Positions 36,079 to 47,265 of a stretch of DNA of 64,000 nt are shown here, in pieces. Below the pieces are notes generated by a model. It ran no database searches and was not told where the DNA came from. It saw only the letters and a program-made list of their open reading frames with translations. The stretch is taken from positions 6,438 to 70,437 of IMG/VR virus record IMGVR_UViG_3300046734_000671. One strand, 5' to 3'. Every line of letters begins with the position of its first letter. Within the stretch, counting starts at the first letter, position 1. The DNA comes from a virus. The position numbers and the translations under genes were made by a program.

Positions 36079-38946
36079 TTAAAATTGGCGTGACCTGCCA
36101 GGGGGTATTGCGGCAACATACGGTTGTAAAAAATATGGGCCTTTTGTATATTCTTCATCTCTAATAAAGGCGACTCCTTTTTCAGAGGATTGAAGAACGT
36201 TATCAATACTTCTTCTTGGGAGGTATTTTTTTCGCACTAAATCTTGTGCGGTCAAATCTAGTTCATGTATAATTTTATTCATGACCCAAGGGTTAAAATC
36301 ATCATTTGTTGTAAAAGTAGACCTTTTTATAGCAATGCTTGCAGGAGCAGTTAAAAAGAAATCTTTTAAATCTCCAATTGTTTTTAAAGGCTTTTCTAAA
36401 TCTTTTATAACTTCTTCATCATCTACGGCTATTTTATCGTTTTTAATACCTTTTCCCATTTTAAATGCAAAAATAATATCATCTACAAATGCTTTATTTC
36501 CTATAATTTTTGCTCTTGCTCTTTGCATTAAAACTTCTTTTGTTGCGGCAGAATCTATTGATAAAGGTTTAGTTACATCTTTTACAACTTTTTCATCGTC
36601 TACATCTATTTTGTCTTTTCTAAAAGCGGGCTTAAAAGTAAAAAATACATCGCCACTTCCTCCCGCGTCTCTATCTCTGCTTATTATACCCAGTACTTCT
36701 CCATGAATTAAAGAGTTTGCAGTTACTAATGTTATATCCTGTGTACTACTTTTTGATGCATGATGTATAATTTTTTCAATATCTTTATTAAGTCTGCGAG
36801 CATCAAAATCTGCCTTGTCTAGCAGTTCAAACTGTCTAATTATATCTGTAAAACTTTTTAATAAAACTTTATCGCTTTCTACTCGTGCTTTTGTAGGGTT
36901 TACAGTATTTATTCTAAAGGCTCCGTTATCAGTAAATAAAGATTTTATTGAATCAAAAGTTTCTCTATGAGAAAGATCTACACCCTCAGATAAAGGTTTA
37001 GTTACATCTTTTGCTTCTGTACTTTGTAACAGTACTCTATCTGATTCTACCCTAGATTTAGCTGGAGTAAGTACAGGATCTTTTAAATCAAATATTTCAA
37101 ATAAAGCCCTATTCATATTGAAAAATTCTATGTCAGAAAGATCAATACCCTCACGCAGAGGTTTTACAACTTTCTTTTGTTTTTCTGTGCTAGTCGATAC
37201 TCGCTCACCTTTAATAATTGTTTCTGCAGGAGAATCAATAAGATGACTAAAGCTTTCAATATTTTCAGACCTTTTTCCTACTCCTATACCTTTACTATGC
37301 TTGTCTAAAAGTTTTACTTTTTGATTCGATAGTGCAGTAGTTATTTTCAATTTTTGCCTGTCAGAACTAAAGAATTTTGTAAGTAAAAAAATTACTTTTG
37401 GGGTAAGTACGTGTTCTTTTTGTACTAGTAGTTCTAATAGCCCTTTTCCTATTTTATCAGGGTGCTTTTCATCATCTACTTTAAATGTTTGGGGGCTTAA
37501 TGTTATAGACTGGGCAAAAGTTATTACTTCTTCGAAGTCTACTTTTTCTGTTGGTAGAAATTTTCCTTTTGGAATAAGAGCCTCTGACAAAACATTTAAT
37601 AATTCTTTGGGCCTTTGGAAAGACCGTTTCTTTATTTCTTTTATTTCAGAAACTATTTTTACTAGTGCTCCTTTAAAATCTTCTGTTTTTGCATTTTCTA
37701 TATTTGCTAAAACCGGAGTATTTTCTGCTGTCAGCTCTCGCAAAAAATTTGCTAAATTTACTTGGAAACCAAATCCGCCACTTTGTATAGTACTTCCAGC
37801 ACTCTTAGGCAAGTTAAAATTGCCAGTATCAAAAATTTCAGCAAATCTTATTGTGCCTATATTTAAGTGCTCTAGTGGAGTTCCTGTATCTTTGCTGTAC
37901 TCTAAAGGACTTGCTGCAAATATTGAAGGTCCGCTCCAAGTTTGATTTCCTACTACAATAATTGGGGCAAATGCTCTATAATACCCCGGCATCCACCAAT
38001 AAACATAAGAACCTGTTATACCGAGCTGGCCGCTAGGGTAAAAATTTTCAAGCTGGTACTTTAATTCTGGCATGTATTTATCCCAGTCATACCAGTCGTT
38101 TGTAAAAAAAGACCATCTTGGTGTCAGCGAAGCCCCTTGAGCACTAATAGGTACAAATGCAGGAGCGTTTGATGGAATAAAATACGGACTTAATGTATAG
38201 TAGTTGTTTCCATATGGGCCGCTTGAGCTAAAAATTCCATTACCTCTATACTGATATTCCCAGTAATTCCATTTTGCATCATTTAAAGGCCAAGTATTCG
38301 CTGTATATCCAGTACCAAAATCACCTCTTGGTTTCAATCCTTGTTGTAAATTATTTGCGCCTCCCTGAGTTACTGGGTGAGACATTGCAATTGCTATGTC
38401 TGCTAAGGGATATCGTACGATTCCCCCTATCCCTCTATGCATAATTAACTTTTGTTCTTTAGCAACATGGTTAATTGCATTTATAATTTCTTTAAAGTTT
38501 CTATTTTGCAAATATATAACATCATCTACATTATCACTAATTTTAAATATATCTGCTATTGCTTTTTCTTGTTCGATTATAAACCTTGAAATAGCCTCTA
38601 TTGATTCTTGTTTAAGGGTGGAAAGCTTTGTATCCAATAAGTCTTTTATACTTACAAAATTTACTAATTTCTTTGAGTGTAATGTACTTACAACATCTGC
38701 TAGAGTTACGGTATTTGCAATTTCCTCTTGAAGAATTATAAAGATATCTATTGCAATATCAAATAAACTTGGAGTATTTGATTGTACATTAAACAAAAGA
38801 GGCGCATTGCCTCCATCTACTCCTGAAACAATCGGGTCATTTGATAGGGCTGTAGATCCCATTCGTAACCCATTTGTAGTAATGTTTTGAAATCTAGGAT
38901 CATCTTTTGCTTGGGCCAACAACACTTTTATATCAAAATCAGCCAT
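36079..38946 (-). CDS. Repeat-rich virion-associated protein, 955 aa
   Basis: Degenerate KDVTKPLSE/D repeats; inside the fibre operon; AAGGAG RBS for the next gene follows. Confidence 0.6.
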   Translation of the reverse strand: MADFDIKVLLAQAKDDPRFQNITTNGLRMGSTALSNDPIVSGVDGGNAPLLFNVQSNTPSLFDIAIDIFIILQEEIANTVTLADVVSTLHSKKLVNFVSIKDLLDTKLSTLKQESIEAISRFIIEQEKAIADIFKISDNVDDVIYLQNRNFKEIINAINHVAKEQKLIMHRGIGGIVRYPLADIAIAMSHPVTQGGANNLQQGLKPRGDFGTGYTANTWPLNDAKWNYWEYQYRGNGIFSSSGPYGNNYYTLSPYFIPSNAPAFVPISAQGASLTPRWSFFTNDWYDWDKYMPELKYQLENFYPSGQLGITGSYVYWWMPGYYRAFAPIIVVGNQTWSGPSIFAASPLEYSKDTGTPLEHLNIGTIRFAEIFDTGNFNLPKSAGSTIQSGGFGFQVNLANFLRELTAENTPVLANIENAKTEDFKGALVKIVSEIKEIKKRSFQRPKELLNVLSEALIPKGKFLPTEKVDFEEVITFAQSITLSPQTFKVDDEKHPDKIGKGLLELLVQKEHVLTPKVIFLLTKFFSSDRQKLKITTALSNQKVKLLDKHSKGIGVGKRSENIESFSHLIDSPAETIIKGERVSTSTEKQKKVVKPLREGIDLSDIEFFNMNRALFEIFDLKDPVLTPAKSRVESDRVLLQSTEAKDVTKPLSEGVDLSHRETFDSIKSLFTDNGAFRINTVNPTKARVESDKVLLKSFTDIIRQFELLDKADFDARRLNKDIEKIIHHASKSSTQDITLVTANSLIHGEVLGIISRDRDAGGSGDVFFTFKPAFRKDKIDVDDEKVVKDVTKPLSIDSAATKEVLMQRARAKIIGNKAFVDDIIFAFKMGKGIKNDKIAVDDEEVIKDLEKPLKTIGDLKDFFLTAPASIAIKRSTFTTNDDFNPWVMNKIIHELDLTAQDLVRKKYLPRRSIDNVLQSSEKGVAFIRDEEYTKGPYFLQPYVAAIPPGRSRQF

Positions 38947-39129
38947 TTAGATCACTATATTTATTTGATTGGACCCCACCTCTTTTAGTTTAGGAGAATC
39001 TTCTATCAAAGAAAAGAATACCGCAGTATTAGTTTTTCGAGTTGCTAAGTCCGGAGTTGTTAAAGTTGTTTTTTTCAGTACAGGAGTATTTCCTGCATTT
39101 GCTCCAAACAGTATTAAATTCTTTTTCAC
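38947..39129 (-). CDS. Small hypothetical protein, 60 aa
   Basis: Fills the gap exactly, with GTGA overlap upstream and abutting ATG downstream. Confidence 0.55.
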   Translation of the reverse strand: MKKNLILFGANAGNTPVLKKTTLTTPDLATRKTNTAVFFSLIEDSPKLKEVGSNQINIVI

Positions 39130-39473
39130 GATCCAAAATCGTCTCTGACTTTTATATCAATTAACTCAAAAACACTCATTACCTCTCCATTTGCAAGAGT
39201 AAATTCAATTTCTGCTTCATAAAACCCTTCTTCTGGCCCCGTGCCGCTTGAAGGCGCCAAGAAACTAGAAAGAGGAAAGACTAAGAGTCCTGCTGCTAGA
39301 TTAGAGGTAACGGTGTCTAAAGGAATAGTTGCTAGTATTGTGGTCGTAGCTTTTTTACGAATACGTAAATTTATAGTGCCAGACCCTACAAAAGCCTCTC
39401 CAGTATCTGAGCGAGTCACAGTCGCTTTTAGCTGTGGTCCTGTGTCTCCTTTTACTACTTGAATTATATCCAT
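39126..39473 (-). CDS. BppU-like / T5 p132-like Ig-fold fibre-anchoring collar protein
   Basis: VKGDTGPQLKATVT...GFYEAEIEFT..NG...SV...IKVRDDF pattern; first gene after the tip protein. Confidence 0.65.
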   Translation of the reverse strand: MDIIQVVKGDTGPQLKATVTRSDTGEAFVGSGTINLRIRKKATTTILATIPLDTVTSNLAAGLLVFPLSSFLAPSSGTGPEEGFYEAEIEFTLANGEVMSVFELIDIKVRDDFGS

Positions 39474-39520
39474 TTACTTTAACGTACTCCTAGAGGAGGC
39501 TTTTATTACAAGTTAAAATG

Positions 39521-39560
39521 ATTATATCAATCCTCACATGAAATGTCAAGAGTTATTTTT
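39521..39560 (-). promoter_or_regulatory. Consensus sigma70 promoter driving the lateral-fibre operon
   Basis: Minus strand AAAAATAACTC, TTGACA (39549-39544), 17 bp, TATAAT (39526-39521). Confidence 0.88.
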
Positions 39561-39575
39561 TAGAGGGTAATTATT

Positions 39576-42500
39576 TTAGTTTAACCTACCAAGTTTTACA
39601 CGAAGGTTAGTTCCGTCGCGTATTTCTATAACTGGACCGGTATTTGCGCTACCATCCATAAATATTCCTTCGTTGCCACTACCACTATTAGAAATTTGTA
39701 ATTCCGTTGCAGTAATACTTCCATCGACAATCGTATCCCCTGTAATAAATAGAGCGGCCGAAACCCAGCTACTGCCGTTATATCTATGGGCGGATGAAGT
39801 TTCAGAGCCTGATGCACCCTGAACAACAATTAATATATCGTTAGCTATAGCAGATCTGCTTGCCTCTGCTGCAAAAGCTGTGTTAAGAGCGGATTGGCTC
39901 GATGTATTTAAGCTGCCCGAAGTAACGTGAGTAATAAAAGAAGACCCCGGGGTGCCGGTTCCCTCAACTTCTACATATGTTAATCCATTAGGAATTTGAC
40001 TATCGCTAGTAAGTTTATTGCCTCCGGTATACTCATAAAAATTTACAAAAGTTCTGGTGCTTTGAGTAAGACTTGCATTTGTACCCGAAGAACTTGTTGC
40101 ATAAATTGGCTGTACTCCGCCCCCGTCATCACCGTCATCACCTGTAAGTTTTATAAAAGTTTGCCCTGAAACTGGAAGCTGCGGCGTAGTTGCAGTTGTG
40201 TATTCAAAGAAGGTTACAAATTCTCTAGTGCTTTGAGTGTAGCTTTGATTAGCTCCATTCGAACTTGTTGCATATATCGCTACTACTTTTGTTCTGGCAG
40301 CTCCTCCTGTAACTGTAATTGTCTGCGCGGGGGTTTGATCAGTAGTAAGTATTAACGTGCCGCTAGAATCAAAGGATGCGCTTGCAATTCCAACGCCTGG
40401 GTCTCCTTGAATTGTGGCATTACCTCCCATTGAAAAACCAGCATTAGCTCCGGTTCCGGGAGTAAATCTTATAAAATTACTGTTGTTTCCTACTACAAAG
40501 TTACCGGATCCATCTAAGTAGAAACCGTCATTACTATTAGCAAAACTGCTTTTCAGTCTACTATGAATTTTTCCGTCTGCTTCACTTCCTGACGTTCCGA
40601 CTGTTAATCTTTCTCCAACGTTAATATCCTTAGAAATAGTTGTATTTGCTGCAAGAGTCTCGGCAGATACAGTTCCATTTACAAGCAAGCTTCCGTCAAT
40701 TTCTTCAGTTACGACTGTACTCCAACTTGATGCAGACACATTACTTGTTTGATTTGTTCGAGAGCCTACATAAATTCGAGTTGCTACAGTTGTTCCTTGA
40801 ATAAAAGTGACTCTATCATTTGGAGCAAGATGACCATCTGGAGAAGCTCCTGTTGATGTTTGCACACCACTTGAATTAATTACACCAATAACTCTAGAAG
40901 CCGCTTCTCTTGCAGTGGTATCTGTCAGCGAAGAGCTTGCCCAGTTATTGGCGGTAGAGGTTCCCACACCTGAGAATGAGAAACCTCCTCCAGATCGTAA
41001 AACTGAATTTACTTTCTCAAATCTTATTGTATAAAGGGTGATGGTAGAGTTTCCGTCTCCTCTATCTTGAATTACTGCATCAAAAGAAGCACTAGTAACA
41101 GCTCCGCTTGTAAATATATTTGAATTCGAGTCTAGAACTATTTGTCCCGTGGTTGAATTTACACTTGCAGAACAATTAGTCTCATTTTGAATAAGTATAC
41201 CGTAAGTTTCAGCCGTAGTACCGCTGCTGGCAAAGTTAAAAGTTGTGTCTCCTTTCTTTACTACAAATCCAGTACTAAAGGCACTTTGTTCAGCAGCAGA
41301 AACTATACCACTTGTATTTGCAACAAATAAGTGATAAGTCTGGCCCCCAGATACTGTAAACCCGTCGGCGCCGCTGTCTCCTGTTACTGAAAGACCCGTC
41401 GGCCCAGGTTTGTTTTTGAACAAAGATTGTTGAACGTTAGTAGTGAGAGTCGTTGAAGAAGAATCCGCGCCGGTTATAGTCCAAGTGATTGTTTCGGAAT
41501 TATTGAGACTTCCTTGAGTATTAAAACTAGCATCAGCAATAGTAATAATTTGATTACCATTTGCTCCTCCACTATATGTAATTACTCCTGCAGTTAAATC
41601 GGCATCAGAGGATTGTACGTCCGAAATATACCACTCACCAGGACTTAAATTAATAGCATTATCTTTATTTGCTGTGCCATTATTTGTACCTACATACTTT
41701 CCTACTTGGTTTCCTATGAATACTTCCATAGCTCCACCGGAGCCGGAAAGAGTAGAGGTTGAAATAGTCCCGTCACTTGCAGAGTCGATTGGGTAAGTAT
41801 TATTTGGAAAGTTTACATTTAGCCCAGTTGAATTATCTGTTATGTAAAGAATAGGAGTACTATCAGTTGCGGATGCAACTTTAGGCGTTACATTTAAGGA
41901 CGCTTCTGCTTCTATAGATTTTGGTCGATTATCAGGACTGGGCCGTGCGTTTGCATAGTCTGAAACTGAAGATGCATCTAAAGTATAAGTTGCTTCGCCA
42001 TTTGAATCAACTTGTGAATAAGCTTGTAAAACAGTTCCTGTATGATCTTTAAACTGTATAAATGCATCAGTTGGAAAATTAAATGCTTTAGCTGTAAATA
42101 CTATTGAACTAGGATTTGGATTAGCATTTGTATCATCATAAACTACTGAACTGTCATTTCCAAGTACAGATACAGTTCTGCCTTCTGTGCCAGAAGCTCC
42201 ATCCTTTACACCAAAAATTTTAATTGTTTGAGTTACTTGCTTCGCCGTATTATCAGGATCAAATTTTTCACGAACAATTACTGAAAATTCTAAAGGGAGA
42301 GAAGAAAATGCGGGTACTTCATTTGAATTTGAAGAAGCACCTGCTATTTGTTTCGTAAATTGTCCGGTGGCAAAATTAGTAACATCAGCAAATGCAGTAT
42401 CTTCACTATACGCTGAATTTGGTAAAAAGTTCCCTGTTACTTTAAATTGAGGGGCTTCAAAACCAATTGCTACGCCAGTTAAAGTAAGATCTGTGTAAGG

Positions 42501-45500
42501 ACTTTGCAATTCATTGGTTATAGTCCCTCCGCTAGCTCCTACAGTATTATAGTTAAGAGTAGAAAAATTAGAATCAAGAACAACTGCTCTTGGCCTGCCA
42601 ATATCCGGGTCTAAAGTACAGTAATTAGTAAATGTTCCTGTACTAGTAATTCTTCCTATTAAAAAATCTCGAGAATAATCTACACTTAGTTCATCCTTAA
42701 AGTGGTTTGAACGAACAGCATCGTTTCCAGTTTTTCCATTTCCAATAGCAGTAGTTGCGTTAGCGCCTGTATTTACTGCTGAAGATCCAGTAAGAGACTG
42801 GTTATTAGAACCAAGTCGTGGACCCGTTTCAAAGTAGCCATTAGTTGTTAAACTTCCTGCATCATTATATTGGTTATACTGTACTGCAACGATTTTAAAC
42901 TTTGAATGATGAGTTGTCTGATTTGAGTTAAAATCAGAGGTACTCATACCTTCAATGGTTACATAATCTCCTACAACAAAATCATGTCCCGGTGCTGTAT
43001 ACTTAACATTTCCGACATTTCCACTTGTTAGAACCTGCGCAGCAGTTATTGAATGAGTTTTAAAAGTAAATACTCTATCAATATATAGGCATGTATCATC
43101 TTCTACATAGGCTACTTTTGCGGCCATGCCATCATTGAATTTTATTACATTTGTGGGAGAGTATTGAGACAAGAAAGCAGTGGTTGCTCCTGTAACTTTA
43201 GGAGACCCGCTTTCTAGTGTGACTTGCCCATTTTGCTGATCCCATATATTAGGATTATTAGGAAAATGATTAAAAACTTCATTATCGTTATAACGTTTTT
43301 GGGTAGCTAAAGATTGATCATACCAATAATCTAGTCCTAAGACACTGTCTTGCACATAATTTATTAGTCGAAGATTAGGTGTTGTTTTATAATTACGTAG
43401 AAATACATACGCTTCAGTTTTATCAATCTGCTCTTCGCCAAACCAAGGGGAGCCGGCAAAATCTCCTAATATACTATAGTCAAGTCCAGTACCCCCTAGT
43501 AGACTAAGTTCTTTTCCTACAGTAGAAGTGTCATTATTGGAAAGAATATATAAAGGATCTTGTTCAAATCTAAATCTTAAATTTTTGGGAGTTGATGTCG
43601 GATCATTAGTAACTACCGAGGGTGCGCTAACCTTTCCCCCTTTTAAAACGTACTTATATCTTTCTGCTGTTCCTCCGTATACATCATATACAAAAAAAGT
43701 AATTGAAATAGGTCGAGATTTTTTGCCTGTTGTAGAATACGCTTGTATAGAAACAGTATATTTTCCATCAGGAACTTTACTAAATTCTTTATAGGTTTCT
43801 GCTGTGGTTTCTTCTTCTAATATTCCTGGAATGTTACAAGAGATAGAATATCCTGATACAGTTTCTGCATACTCCCCCACAGGGGGCTCCCATTTTATAA
43901 CTAGCTCTTCTCCTGGGTCTGCAGCTCGAGGAGAACGAAATACTCGAAGGCCTGTAGGCACGGGCAAGACGCTACCAGGATCTTCGACTGGGAATAAAGG
44001 ATCAGGAAGTGCGGTAGTAAAGTTTGTTTCAATTATATCAAACTTTGCCTCAAAATATTCAACTGCTGTAATTGCGTAGTTATTGTCATCTTCATGAACA
44101 ATATTTAAAACTTTATAAGTTTTATAAGAGGCTACTGTTTCGTTTTCATCTTTAAGAGCCCAAATACCCCCTTCAACAACTCTGTTTGCTTCTGCTTGAC
44201 TTCCAAATACAGGAACACTAGCAGGATTTTGTATTGTTAAAACATTACCATTTGGATCATCTGCTGTACAAGTTACCTCTTGTATTCTGTGAGCATCTGC
44301 GTATTCTAAATGTAAAGGAACTGGCTGGTCATTGTTAGGAGTATTACTAATAGTGGTGGGAGCAGACCAAGCATCTGCCGTATGTTGCTCAAATTCATCA
44401 TTGCTCCAACCAGTCGGGCTATCAACCTCTTTTTGAGTAGTACCATTCCACCACTTAGTTACAACATCTCCTTTCTTGAAGTTTTTATATGCTGCTGGAT
44501 TAGTACTAGTATCCCAAATTTTACAGTCTTTTGCTGCAATAACTTTTCTTTCTGCTACCAAAAGTGCAAGAGTATAAGTTCCGGCATTTCCTATATTTGT
44601 ATCAGTTCCAGTTTCAGGATCTACAGAAATATCTCGATCAAGAGTTAAAGTAGTATTTCCCCCTGAAAAACTTGCATTTGAAACTCTACCCCCAAAAGAA
44701 AATCCATAATCATGATTATCTTGAATATTTACAATATCACCCGGAGAAATAAAAGCAGCATTTATTGCAGTATTAAAAGAAACTACCTCTGTTTGATTTA
44801 GAGCAGTCCATAACTTCCATCTTCCATATCTAATCGCCTGCCCTTCAGAAGTGCATCCGAAAGCCACGGACTCAGACTTTACAACTTGTCCTGTTTTAAC
44901 AATGTTTTCTCTATCTTCTACAAATAAAGGTTCAAGCTTATAATCATTTTCTGGATTATTCCACTGTACTACAACTTGATTTGTTCGTGTTTTACTGCCT
45001 GTTTGCTCATAGCTGAAAGCACCATCTATTATATTAGCTCTATTAAAGGTATAGGTAGGAGCTTTCGCCTCGTCAATTACAGGAGTAAGTTGACCGTCCA
45101 TCCAGTAAAGCATGCCTCTAAAAATAGTAGCCATGTCTTTTATTACTTTATATACATCTGTAGCTTTTTGAAGATATAAATTTGCTCTAAATCGTGGTTC
45201 TACTCCTCCTTTTCCGTCGGGTACGAGCTCGTCACAATATCTTGCAATTTTATATAAAGAGTAAATATCAATATCAGAAACTTGTACATACTCTCCTACA
45301 CCATATCTATTATTTGTAAGAATATCAAAAAATACCCATGCAGGATTATCCGTCCATACTTTTTCTTCTCGAAATTGTCCTGTAAAAAGTCCGCTATATA
45401 ATCTATGGGGGGAAGGTAAACCTCCATTTTCTTCTAAAGTTCCTGCGGCAGGAGTACCTACAGCCCCTACTTCTTCTCTCGTGGTATAGTTTGAGGGCAC

Positions 45501-47249
45501 ACGTACAAGCATGCCATAGCATTCATACATTCGAGTAGGAACACTATCAAACTGTTTACTACTAAAAGTTACATTTGCTAAAGCAGTATAAGGAAAATTA
45601 AGTTTTTCTTTTATAATTCCAAAAGCACCGCTAATTCCGCCTGCTTGAATAGCTTGCCATTTATCTACATCGCTTCCTCTATAGCCAAGTTTAGTTCTTT
45701 GATCTCTATTTCCCCAAGTATGTGCCCGTCCAAAGGCATTATCAGTGGTATTTTGGCTTGCAGTAATTCTACATACTTTAAGTCTAAATCCGCTATAAGG
45801 CTGAAATTCTTCTAAGTTAATAGTATGAGTAAAAGATACTGGACCAATATGCTTTCCTCCATGACCAAAAATAGGAGTTCCTTCTACTAATACATCTGTG
45901 TTAGGGCCGCTCGGCCCATCAAATTTTATTTGTTCTAAATTTACAGGGGAGCCTGAGTCTCCTCCGCTAACTCCATCATATCCATTTTTTAATTGATTTC
46001 GTAGACTATAGGCTCCTGTGGTCATTTCCATATTACCTTGAAGGAATCCTTGATCTTCCCAAGTAATAGTTCCACCAGAAATACCAGTTTGAATTTCTAG
46101 CTTAATTACATAGCCTGCACCTGCAGCTTCTTTATCTCCACTTTCGGTATTTATTGTATATAAACCGTTATTGTACCGAAAAAGAAGCTGCATTTCATCA
46201 ATTTCCCCTGCTTGAGCTCCAGTATGAGTTATAGTTTCAACCACTCCTAACTCAAGCTGAGGAAGTGCCGGCAAAGCAACAGTACTAGAGCCGGGAGTTC
46301 CTGCTAAAGTTTTTAAAGGAGCTTGATCTTTTATTCCAGGGGCAAATTGATAAGTAGAAGATCTTATTTTTCTATTATAAGAATTTGAAGAAGAGCCATC
46401 CTCATATTGAGGCTTTGTGAGACTAAATCTTTTATTTGCAAAAATTCCAACTTGAGTATCTAGTGTGATAATATTCCCACTAATTGATTGAATGCTTTTA
46501 AAAATAGAAAGTTTTATTTTTATATTGTTACTTACATTTCCGTTTGAATGTGTAGTTGTTTCACTAATCCAAGGATGGTTATCCAAATTTGAAAGAAGCA
46601 CTTTTACAGTTAGCTTATTTTTATTGGTATTAATCGCTACAGGAAATCCTGTTAATTTTCTATCGGAAGATCGATCGTGCAAAGTTACAAGACCATCGCT
46701 ATCCGTAATATTTTGTAGTGTAAAGTTTCTTAGATCTACTACAGCTGCGTTAGGAAATAGAGAAAAGTCCCCATCAATTACTATATTAAATCCGGCAGGC
46801 TGTGCATATCCGCCTATAGGTCCGCTTTCTGTCGCATTAAATGTATACTCATCGTTAGTATTGGAAACTCCTCCTTCTGGCTCTGAAAACTCTCTATGAT
46901 TATGAATACAAATAAATCTTTTTGACGTTCTTAGTTCTTCTTGGGCAGGAGAAAAATCAAAAGTCTTTTTATCAAAATCATTTATACGTATATTATGACC
47001 GCTTCCGGTAGTGTGAATAGAGCTAGTAGTTAATCCAACGGTGGATGCAAATATAGTCTCTTCATCAGTAAATAAAGAGTCATTATTTAAGAAAATACTG
47101 CCCCCTCCCTTTACTAAGCCTGCGATTGGCCCTTCTGAGATTATATCAGTAATACCTATAACTTGTTCTGTACTAGAGGCTCCTTGAGTACTACCGGGCT
47201 GCACCCAAAGAGGCAGCCCGTTCCATCTTCCTATCCCACCGAATGACAC
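39576..47249 (-). CDS. Lambda gpJ-like central tail tip / host specificity protein, 2557 aa
   Basis: DIISEGPIAGL, YPYTA-like NFPYTAL, WTDNPAWVFFDILTNNRYG, YCDELVPDG.GG.EPRF, AFGCTSEGQA.RYGRW, FN3 domain, C-terminal LRVKLGRL. Confidence 0.9.
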   Translation of the reverse strand: MSFGGIGRWNGLPLWVQPGSTQGASSTEQVIGITDIISEGPIAGLVKGGGSIFLNNDSLFTDEETIFASTVGLTTSSIHTTGSGHNIRINDFDKKTFDFSPAQEELRTSKRFICIHNHREFSEPEGGVSNTNDEYTFNATESGPIGGYAQPAGFNIVIDGDFSLFPNAAVVDLRNFTLQNITDSDGLVTLHDRSSDRKLTGFPVAINTNKNKLTVKVLLSNLDNHPWISETTTHSNGNVSNNIKIKLSIFKSIQSISGNIITLDTQVGIFANKRFSLTKPQYEDGSSSNSYNRKIRSSTYQFAPGIKDQAPLKTLAGTPGSSTVALPALPQLELGVVETITHTGAQAGEIDEMQLLFRYNNGLYTINTESGDKEAAGAGYVIKLEIQTGISGGTITWEDQGFLQGNMEMTTGAYSLRNQLKNGYDGVSGGDSGSPVNLEQIKFDGPSGPNTDVLVEGTPIFGHGGKHIGPVSFTHTINLEEFQPYSGFRLKVCRITASQNTTDNAFGRAHTWGNRDQRTKLGYRGSDVDKWQAIQAGGISGAFGIIKEKLNFPYTALANVTFSSKQFDSVPTRMYECYGMLVRVPSNYTTREEVGAVGTPAAGTLEENGGLPSPHRLYSGLFTGQFREEKVWTDNPAWVFFDILTNNRYGVGEYVQVSDIDIYSLYKIARYCDELVPDGKGGVEPRFRANLYLQKATDVYKVIKDMATIFRGMLYWMDGQLTPVIDEAKAPTYTFNRANIIDGAFSYEQTGSKTRTNQVVVQWNNPENDYKLEPLFVEDRENIVKTGQVVKSESVAFGCTSEGQAIRYGRWKLWTALNQTEVVSFNTAINAAFISPGDIVNIQDNHDYGFSFGGRVSNASFSGGNTTLTLDRDISVDPETGTDTNIGNAGTYTLALLVAERKVIAAKDCKIWDTSTNPAAYKNFKKGDVVTKWWNGTTQKEVDSPTGWSNDEFEQHTADAWSAPTTISNTPNNDQPVPLHLEYADAHRIQEVTCTADDPNGNVLTIQNPASVPVFGSQAEANRVVEGGIWALKDENETVASYKTYKVLNIVHEDDNNYAITAVEYFEAKFDIIETNFTTALPDPLFPVEDPGSVLPVPTGLRVFRSPRAADPGEELVIKWEPPVGEYAETVSGYSISCNIPGILEEETTAETYKEFSKVPDGKYTVSIQAYSTTGKKSRPISITFFVYDVYGGTAERYKYVLKGGKVSAPSVVTNDPTSTPKNLRFRFEQDPLYILSNNDTSTVGKELSLLGGTGLDYSILGDFAGSPWFGEEQIDKTEAYVFLRNYKTTPNLRLINYVQDSVLGLDYWYDQSLATQKRYNDNEVFNHFPNNPNIWDQQNGQVTLESGSPKVTGATTAFLSQYSPTNVIKFNDGMAAKVAYVEDDTCLYIDRVFTFKTHSITAAQVLTSGNVGNVKYTAPGHDFVVGDYVTIEGMSTSDFNSNQTTHHSKFKIVAVQYNQYNDAGSLTTNGYFETGPRLGSNNQSLTGSSAVNTGANATTAIGNGKTGNDAVRSNHFKDELSVDYSRDFLIGRITSTGTFTNYCTLDPDIGRPRAVVLDSNFSTLNYNTVGASGGTITNELQSPYTDLTLTGVAIGFEAPQFKVTGNFLPNSAYSEDTAFADVTNFATGQFTKQIAGASSNSNEVPAFSSLPLEFSVIVREKFDPDNTAKQVTQTIKIFGVKDGASGTEGRTVSVLGNDSSVVYDDTNANPNPSSIVFTAKAFNFPTDAFIQFKDHTGTVLQAYSQVDSNGEATYTLDASSVSDYANARPSPDNRPKSIEAEASLNVTPKVASATDSTPILYITDNSTGLNVNFPNNTYPIDSASDGTISTSTLSGSGGAMEVFIGNQVGKYVGTNNGTANKDNAINLSPGEWYISDVQSSDADLTAGVITYSGGANGNQIITIADASFNTQGSLNNSETITWTITGADSSSTTLTTNVQQSLFKNKPGPTGLSVTGDSGADGFTVSGGQTYHLFVANTSGIVSAAEQSAFSTGFVVKKGDTTFNFASSGTTAETYGILIQNETNCSASVNSTTGQIVLDSNSNIFTSGAVTSASFDAVIQDRGDGNSTITLYTIRFEKVNSVLRSGGGFSFSGVGTSTANNWASSSLTDTTAREAASRVIGVINSSGVQTSTGASPDGHLAPNDRVTFIQGTTVATRIYVGSRTNQTSNVSASSWSTVVTEEIDGSLLVNGTVSAETLAANTTISKDINVGERLTVGTSGSEADGKIHSRLKSSFANSNDGFYLDGSGNFVVGNNSNFIRFTPGTGANAGFSMGGNATIQGDPGVGIASASFDSSGTLILTTDQTPAQTITVTGGAARTKVVAIYATSSNGANQSYTQSTREFVTFFEYTTATTPQLPVSGQTFIKLTGDDGDDGGGVQPIYATSSSGTNASLTQSTRTFVNFYEYTGGNKLTSDSQIPNGLTYVEVEGTGTPGSSFITHVTSGSLNTSSQSALNTAFAAEASRSAIANDILIVVQGASGSETSSAHRYNGSSWVSAALFITGDTIVDGSITATELQISNSGSGNEGIFMDGSANTGPVIEIRDGTNLRVKLGRLN

Positions 47250-47265
47250 TAATTATCTCCTATGC

